Part shown: piece after piece, positions 8,694-12,419 of the stretch
How positions within the stretch are numbered: position 1 is the stretch's first letter
How the letters are laid out: every line of letters starts with the position of its first letter
Origin: a virus
Taxonomy: Duplodnaviria; Heunggongvirae; Uroviricota; Caudoviricetes
Length of the DNA: 12,419 nucleotides
Direction: 5' to 3' (one strand)
Virus record (IMG/VR): IMGVR_UViG_2909246061_000007
Location: 1 to 12,419 of that record
Notes under the pieces: generated by a model
The model's database searches: none
Seen by the model: the letters and a program-made list of their open reading frames with translations, nothing else
What the model was told of the DNA's origin: nothing
Translations under genes and position numbers: made by a program

Positions 8694-8915
8694 CTAGTTG
8701 AATACAACATTGCAATCAGTAAGTGCATCAACGGTAAGAGCAGCAAGGTTGATCATTACCTTTTCTCTTTTCTTGTCTTTCCGAAGGCGATGGCGAGGGA
8801 TGCGACCATCAGCCAGCATATCGTTGATGGTGTCGATAGAAAGACCAGTAAGTTCGCTATAACGCTCAATTGTGACGTGTGGCGTATTCAGAGTTATTGA
8901 AATGTTAGGGGTCAT
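8694..8915 (-). CDS. Apl/Cox-like small DNA-binding protein (73 aa; excisionase / lytic-side switch regulator)
   Basis: ATG at 8915 with an AGGAGA SD. Small basic protein with HTH-like segment ([25 protein letters not shown]), divergent from cI and upstream of cII, i.e. the 186 apl position. Confidence 0.6.
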   Translation of the reverse strand: MTPNISITLNTPHVTIERYSELTGLSIDTINDMLADGRIPRHRLRKDKKREKVMINLAALTVDALTDCNVVFN

Positions 8916-9010
8916 GATGCAACATCTCCTATTGGCTTGTGGTGAGCCTGTAGTAATCGTGACAAGTACCCAAACGGGGACAAAATTGATACTAGGATCG
9001 CAAAAGAGAT
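8916..9010. promoter_or_regulatory. lysis-lysogeny switch region between divergent apl-like and cI genes (lytic and lysogenic promoters and operators expected)
   Basis: 95-bp intergenic region between divergently oriented regulator genes; position is analogous to the pR/pL region of 186. Individual -10/-35 hexamers could not be assigned confidently by eye. Confidence 0.5.
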
Positions 9011-9607
9011 ATGTCAACATCAAAGTACCCAAATGAGATCAAAATAAATCCCAATAAAGGTGGTAAGGCTGCGATTGAGCGATTAGTCGAAGCTTATGGC
9101 TTTACGACACGACAGGCTTTAGCTGATCACTTGGAAGTATCAAAAAGCACTCTGGCGAACAGGTATTTGCGGGATACGTTTCCTGCAGACTGGATAATCC
9201 AATGTGCTCTTGAAACAGGAACCTCACTGAAATGGTTAACCACCGGGCAAGGCCTTAAGCAAAGCTCGCTGACAGCAGCTACAGAAGAGCTTGCCAAGTT
9301 TCGCCTTACCGCAGGCAAAATGATTGAAGATGGTTCATATGTCTTCGATTCATCATTTCTTCCTGCAAATCTTTCATCACCAATTGTTATTCAGGATGGG
9401 CTCGTCACATACATTTGTGATCAAAAATTTTCTGAAGTACTTGATGGGCACTGGTTAATCAACATCGACGGAACCTATTCCATTCGAAAAATCACAAAGC
9501 TTCCAAAAGGTATGATTAAAATTACAAGTACAGAGAATAGCTTTGAATGTGCATTTTCTGATATTGAAGTAGTTGCTTGTATAAGAAGTACAATAGTTTC
9601 AAATTAA
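9011..9607 (+). CDS. cI: 186-type CI immunity repressor
   Basis: 198-aa ORF with an N-terminal HTH (ERLVEAYGFTTRQALADHLEVSKSTLANRY...CALETGTSLKWLTTGQG) and a C-terminal region (HWLINIDGTYSIRKITKLP...FECAFSDIEV) that match my recollection of phage 186 CI across both domains. Confidence 0.85.
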   Translation: MSTSKYPNEIKINPNKGGKAAIERLVEAYGFTTRQALADHLEVSKSTLANRYLRDTFPADWIIQCALETGTSLKWLTTGQGLKQSSLTAATEELAKFRLTAGKMIEDGSYVFDSSFLPANLSSPIVIQDGLVTYICDQKFSEVLDGHWLINIDGTYSIRKITKLPKGMIKITSTENSFECAFSDIEVVACIRSTIVSN

Positions 9608-9627
9608 TATAGTAAAAGGATTTAAAA

Positions 9628-11304
9628 ATGAATTCATTTTCCATCGTTATATTCTTATTAGCATTTCTCGCCCCCATTCTAGCTGTAATATTATTTAAGC
9701 AAAGCAAAAAACATAAAGCGGCTATAGATACCTTGACAGCTAACAACATAGCCCTTTCCAACCAACTGAAAGAAAATCAAGAAGAATTAGCACAGACTGT
9801 ACGAGATCTATCAGAGCTTGAAGGACGAGCTGCACCATTATGGCAATACGTAGAATTGCACAGCGCAGTGATGGAAGCAGAGAATAAGATAAAAAATGCA
9901 GACTCAATAGCCAGGCAAAAAATAGAAGAAGCCCAAATAAAGGCTGCTAAGACAGTAAACGAAGCAAATTATCAAGCTCAGATAAAAATAAGCAACGCTA
10001 ATAGCGAAGCTATAGCAATTACTAAAGACGCTCGCGATGCACGCCTGAAAGCTAAAGAACGTCTTGATAATGCCAATAGTAAAGCAAATGAGCTGATCTC
10101 AAATGCTAATGACAATGCAGTGAAAATTATTTCCGATGCAGAAGAAAGAGCAAAAGAGATTGCTGGTTCAGCATATGAAGCTAAAGAGTTTGCAGAAAAA
10201 TATGAAGCAGTTGCCAAATCAATGAAAAATAAAATTGAAGGTTATGGTGATGAATGGATCATCCCTAACCGTAGCGTTCTCGATGAATTGGCAGAAAATT
10301 ATGAGTTTACAGATGCAGGCAAGGAATTACAAAAAGCCAGGGAGTTAACAAAATCATTAATAAAAACTAATAAAGCTGCTTCGTGTGATTATGTTGAACA
10401 AAACAGGCGTAATACTGCTATCAACTTTGTTTTAGATGCCTTCAATGGAAGAGTTGACAGTATTTTATCAAAAGTCAAACACAACAATTTTGGAAAACTT
10501 TCCCAAGAGATAAAAGATGCGTTTCAACTTGTAAATTACAATGGTTCTGCCTTTAGGTCCGCAAAAATAAGTGACATCTATCTTCAAGCTCGACTCAACG
10601 AGCTAAAATGGGGTGTTGCAGTTAATGAAATTATGCTCGAAGAAAAAGAAGAGCAAAGAAGGATTAAAGAACAACTTCGTGAAGAGGAAAGAGCTCGTAG
10701 GGAGTATGAAAAAGCGATAAAAGAAGCTGAAAAAGAAGAGAAAGCTATTCAGCAAGCTATAAATAAAGCAACAAAAGAGCTTATGCTTGCAAATGAAGAA
10801 CAACGCTTAGCTTTAGAGCAAAAAATAGCTGAACTACAGTTAAAATATGAAGAAGCTGAAGCTAAAAACCAACGAGCTATTTCTATGGCTCAACAAACTA
10901 GATCAGGCCACGTTTATATAATTAGTAATATTGGCTCATTTGGCGAAGATGTATATAAAATTGGAATGACACGCCGCCTTGAACCACTTGATCGTGTTCG
11001 TGAACTCGGTGATGCTAGTGTTCCTTTTTCGTTCGATGTTCATGCGATGATTTATAGTGATGATGCACCATCATTAGAAAATCATCTGCATAAAGTCTTC
11101 AACGAAAAACAGGTCAATAAAATTAACTCACGAAAAGAGTTTTTCAACGTAAATATTAAAGAAATTAAGTCTGTTATTGAAGATATGAACATCAACGCAC
11201 AATGGACAATGTTTGCGGAAGCGAAAGAATATAGAGAGTCACTGGCGATTGAGCAAGAGCGCAAAGCAGCAACTTCCGCCAACGATGAACTGCATGTTGC
11301 TTAG
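9628..11304 (+). CDS. membrane-anchored coiled-coil protein with C-terminal GIY-YIG-like (T5orf172/MUG113-type) domain; candidate defense/exclusion cargo gene
   Basis: 558-aa ORF with an aaagga SD 6-11 nt upstream. Residues 1-24 form a hydrophobic anchor; about 30-200 and 330-420 are E/K/A-rich coiled coil; about 205-330 is a globular region; about 427-510 is GHVYIISN-x9-VYKIGMTRR...E...RKEFF (GIY-x10-YIG-R...E...EFF pattern). Visibly AT-rich compared with flanking phage genes. Confidence 0.8.
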   Translation: MNSFSIVIFLLAFLAPILAVILFKQSKKHKAAIDTLTANNIALSNQLKENQEELAQTVRDLSELEGRAAPLWQYVELHSAVMEAENKIKNADSIARQKIEEAQIKAAKTVNEANYQAQIKISNANSEAIAITKDARDARLKAKERLDNANSKANELISNANDNAVKIISDAEERAKEIAGSAYEAKEFAEKYEAVAKSMKNKIEGYGDEWIIPNRSVLDELAENYEFTDAGKELQKARELTKSLIKTNKAASCDYVEQNRRNTAINFVLDAFNGRVDSILSKVKHNNFGKLSQEIKDAFQLVNYNGSAFRSAKISDIYLQARLNELKWGVAVNEIMLEEKEEQRRIKEQLREEERARREYEKAIKEAEKEEKAIQQAINKATKELMLANEEQRLALEQKIAELQLKYEEAEAKNQRAISMAQQTRSGHVYIISNIGSFGEDVYKIGMTRRLEPLDRVRELGDASVPFSFDVHAMIYSDDAPSLENHLHKVFNEKQVNKINSRKEFFNVNIKEIKSVIEDMNINAQWTMFAEAKEYRESLAIEQERKAATSANDELHVA

Positions 11305-11362
11305 CAATGTATGTTTCATAGTAATCACACATTGATTACTGGTTGTATATACAGTTAAATTT

Positions 11363-11387
11363 AGCCCTCTGATATGAGGGCTTTTTT
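11363..11387 (+). terminator. rho-independent terminator immediately upstream of int; stem overlaps the int ribosome-binding site
   Basis: AGCCCTC (11363-11369), loop TGATAT, GAGGGCT (11376-11382), then TTTTTT (11382-11387) directly followed by the int ATG at 11388. Confidence 0.65.
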
Positions 11388-12419
11388 ATGGCAGTACGAA
11401 AACTCACCACAGGAAAATGGCTTTGCGAATGTTACCCCGCCGGACGTAGTGGACGTCGTGTGCGTAAACAATTCGCCACCAAAGGCGAAGCTCTGGCTTT
11501 TGAGCGTCACACGATGGAAGAAACCGAAGCAAAGCCCTGGCTGGGTGAATCAGTGGATCGTCGAACACTGAAAGACGTGGTTGAACTATGGTTCAAACTA
11601 CATGGTAAATCTCTGACAGCTGGGCAGCATGTCTATGACAAATTGCTGTTGATGGTTGACGCTCTGGGCAATCCCCTTGCAACCGATCTCACCTCTAAAA
11701 TGTTTGCCCACTATCGAGATAAACGTCTGACAGGAGAGATCTACTTCAGCGAAAAATGGAAGAAAGGAGCAAGCCCGGTCACCATTAACCTGGAGCAAAG
11801 CTATCTAAGTAGTGTTTTTAGCGAACTATCCCGCCTGGGCGAATGGTCGTATCCGAACCCACTGGAGAACATGCGAAAATTCACCATCGCAGAAAAAGAG
11901 ATGGCATGGCTTACCCATGAGCAGATTGTTGAATTGCTGGCTGATTGCAAACGTCAGGACCCAATTCTGGCACTGGTAGTTAAGATATGCTTAAGCACAG
12001 GCGCACGTTGGCGTGAAGCCGTAAATCTTACCCGCTCACAGGTGACCAAATACCGAATTACCTTTGTAAGAACGAAGGGGAAGAAAAACAGAAGCATCCC
12101 TATCAGTAAAGAGCTTTACGAAGAGATCATGGCGCTTGATGGGTTCAATTTCTTTACAGACTGCTATTTTCAATTTTTATCCGTGATGGAAAAAACGTCT
12201 ATCGTGCTCCCTCGCGGTCAACTGACACACGTTCTGCGCCATACGTTTGCGGCGCACTTCATGATGTCGGGTGGAAATATCCTGGCCTTACAAAAAATTC
12301 TCGGGCATCACGATATAAAAATGACTATGCGTTACGCACATCTGGCACCGGATCACCTGGAAACTGCATTACGGTTTAATCCGCTGGCAACACTACCAAC
12401 ATCAATAGCAAGTTTTTGA
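11388..12419 (+). CDS. int: P2-family tyrosine integrase
   Basis: 343-aa ORF ending with TGA at the last base of the window. Contains tyrosine-recombinase catalytic regions (LSTGARWREA..., HVLRHTFAAHFMMSGGNILALQKILGHHDIKMTMRYAHL with R, H-x-x-R, and Y). Position after cI matches P2/186 organisation. Confidence 0.9.
   Translation: MAVRKLTTGKWLCECYPAGRSGRRVRKQFATKGEALAFERHTMEETEAKPWLGESVDRRTLKDVVELWFKLHGKSLTAGQHVYDKLLLMVDALGNPLATDLTSKMFAHYRDKRLTGEIYFSEKWKKGASPVTINLEQSYLSSVFSELSRLGEWSYPNPLENMRKFTIAEKEMAWLTHEQIVELLADCKRQDPILALVVKICLSTGARWREAVNLTRSQVTKYRITFVRTKGKKNRSIPISKELYEEIMALDGFNFFTDCYFQFLSVMEKTSIVLPRGQLTHVLRHTFAAHFMMSGGNILALQKILGHHDIKMTMRYAHLAPDHLETALRFNPLATLPTSIASF

Larger units (their letters stand above)
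2776..12419. mobile_element. P2/186-family prophage remnant (internally deleted; continues beyond window end)
   Basis: Contiguous P2-like gene order (ogr, D, J, W, V, lysB, lysA, K, Y, X | P, Q | cII, apl, cI, int) with correct relative strands. Left boundary is approximate, somewhere in 2621-2855; right att site is not in the window. Confidence 0.85.

Noticed and set aside
9628-10900. Possibility that the 558-aa protein is a phage structural coiled-coil protein (tape measure, tail fibre or scaffold)
   Set aside because: It sits in the immunity/integration module on the lysogenic strand rather than in the late operons, has an N-terminal membrane anchor and a C-terminal GIY-YIG-like domain, and differs in composition from the structural genes. 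It remains to be excluded formally by homology search.
11332-11360. Possible sigma70-like promoter (TTGATT, 17 bp, TTAAAT) just upstream of the pre-int hairpin
   Set aside because: Both hexamers are only 4/6 matches in AT-rich DNA; not distinguishable from chance without transcription-start data.
270-11382. Same 6-bp stem (GCCCTC/GAGGGC) in the grxA terminator and in the hairpin upstream of int
   Set aside because: A 6-bp GC-rich stem recurring twice in 12 kb is plausible by chance; loops and flanks differ, so no evidence for a repeated element.
1-12419. Searched by eye for CRISPR repeats, tRNA/tmRNA-like structures, IS-element inverted repeats and transposase genes
   Set aside because: No regularly spaced direct repeats, no cloverleaf-compatible segments near the prophage boundary, and no transposase-like ORFs were seen. 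A dedicated tRNA or repeat scan was not run, so small elements cannot be fully excluded.

Overview
The window holds an Escherichia/Shigella-type chromosomal core (grxA, ybjM, ybjL; 1-2620) followed by a heavily deleted P2/186-family prophage remnant running from about 2780 to the window end. Remnant gene order is ogr, J'-'D fusion, W, 'V, lysB', lysA, K, Y, 'X (all minus strand), then 'P and Q' (plus), cII' and apl/cox (minus), cI (plus), a 558-aa cargo ORF (plus) and int (plus). This matches a P2-type prophage map with at least four internal deletions that removed most tail and head genes, the replication region, and the spanins. The immunity switch, integrase, ogr, W and a holin/endolysin/LysA cassette look intact. 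The standout is the AT-rich 558-aa ORF (9628-11304) inserted between cI and int: N-terminal membrane anchor, long coiled coils, and a C-terminal GIY-YIG-like (T5orf172/MUG113-type) domain. It starts 20 bp after cI and is followed by a strong hairpin terminator abutting the int start codon. I consider it a candidate lysogen-expressed anti-phage defense or exclusion gene. All identifications rest on reading the translated ORFs and on recalled family features; no database search or alignment was run, and deletion-junction coordinates are approximate.
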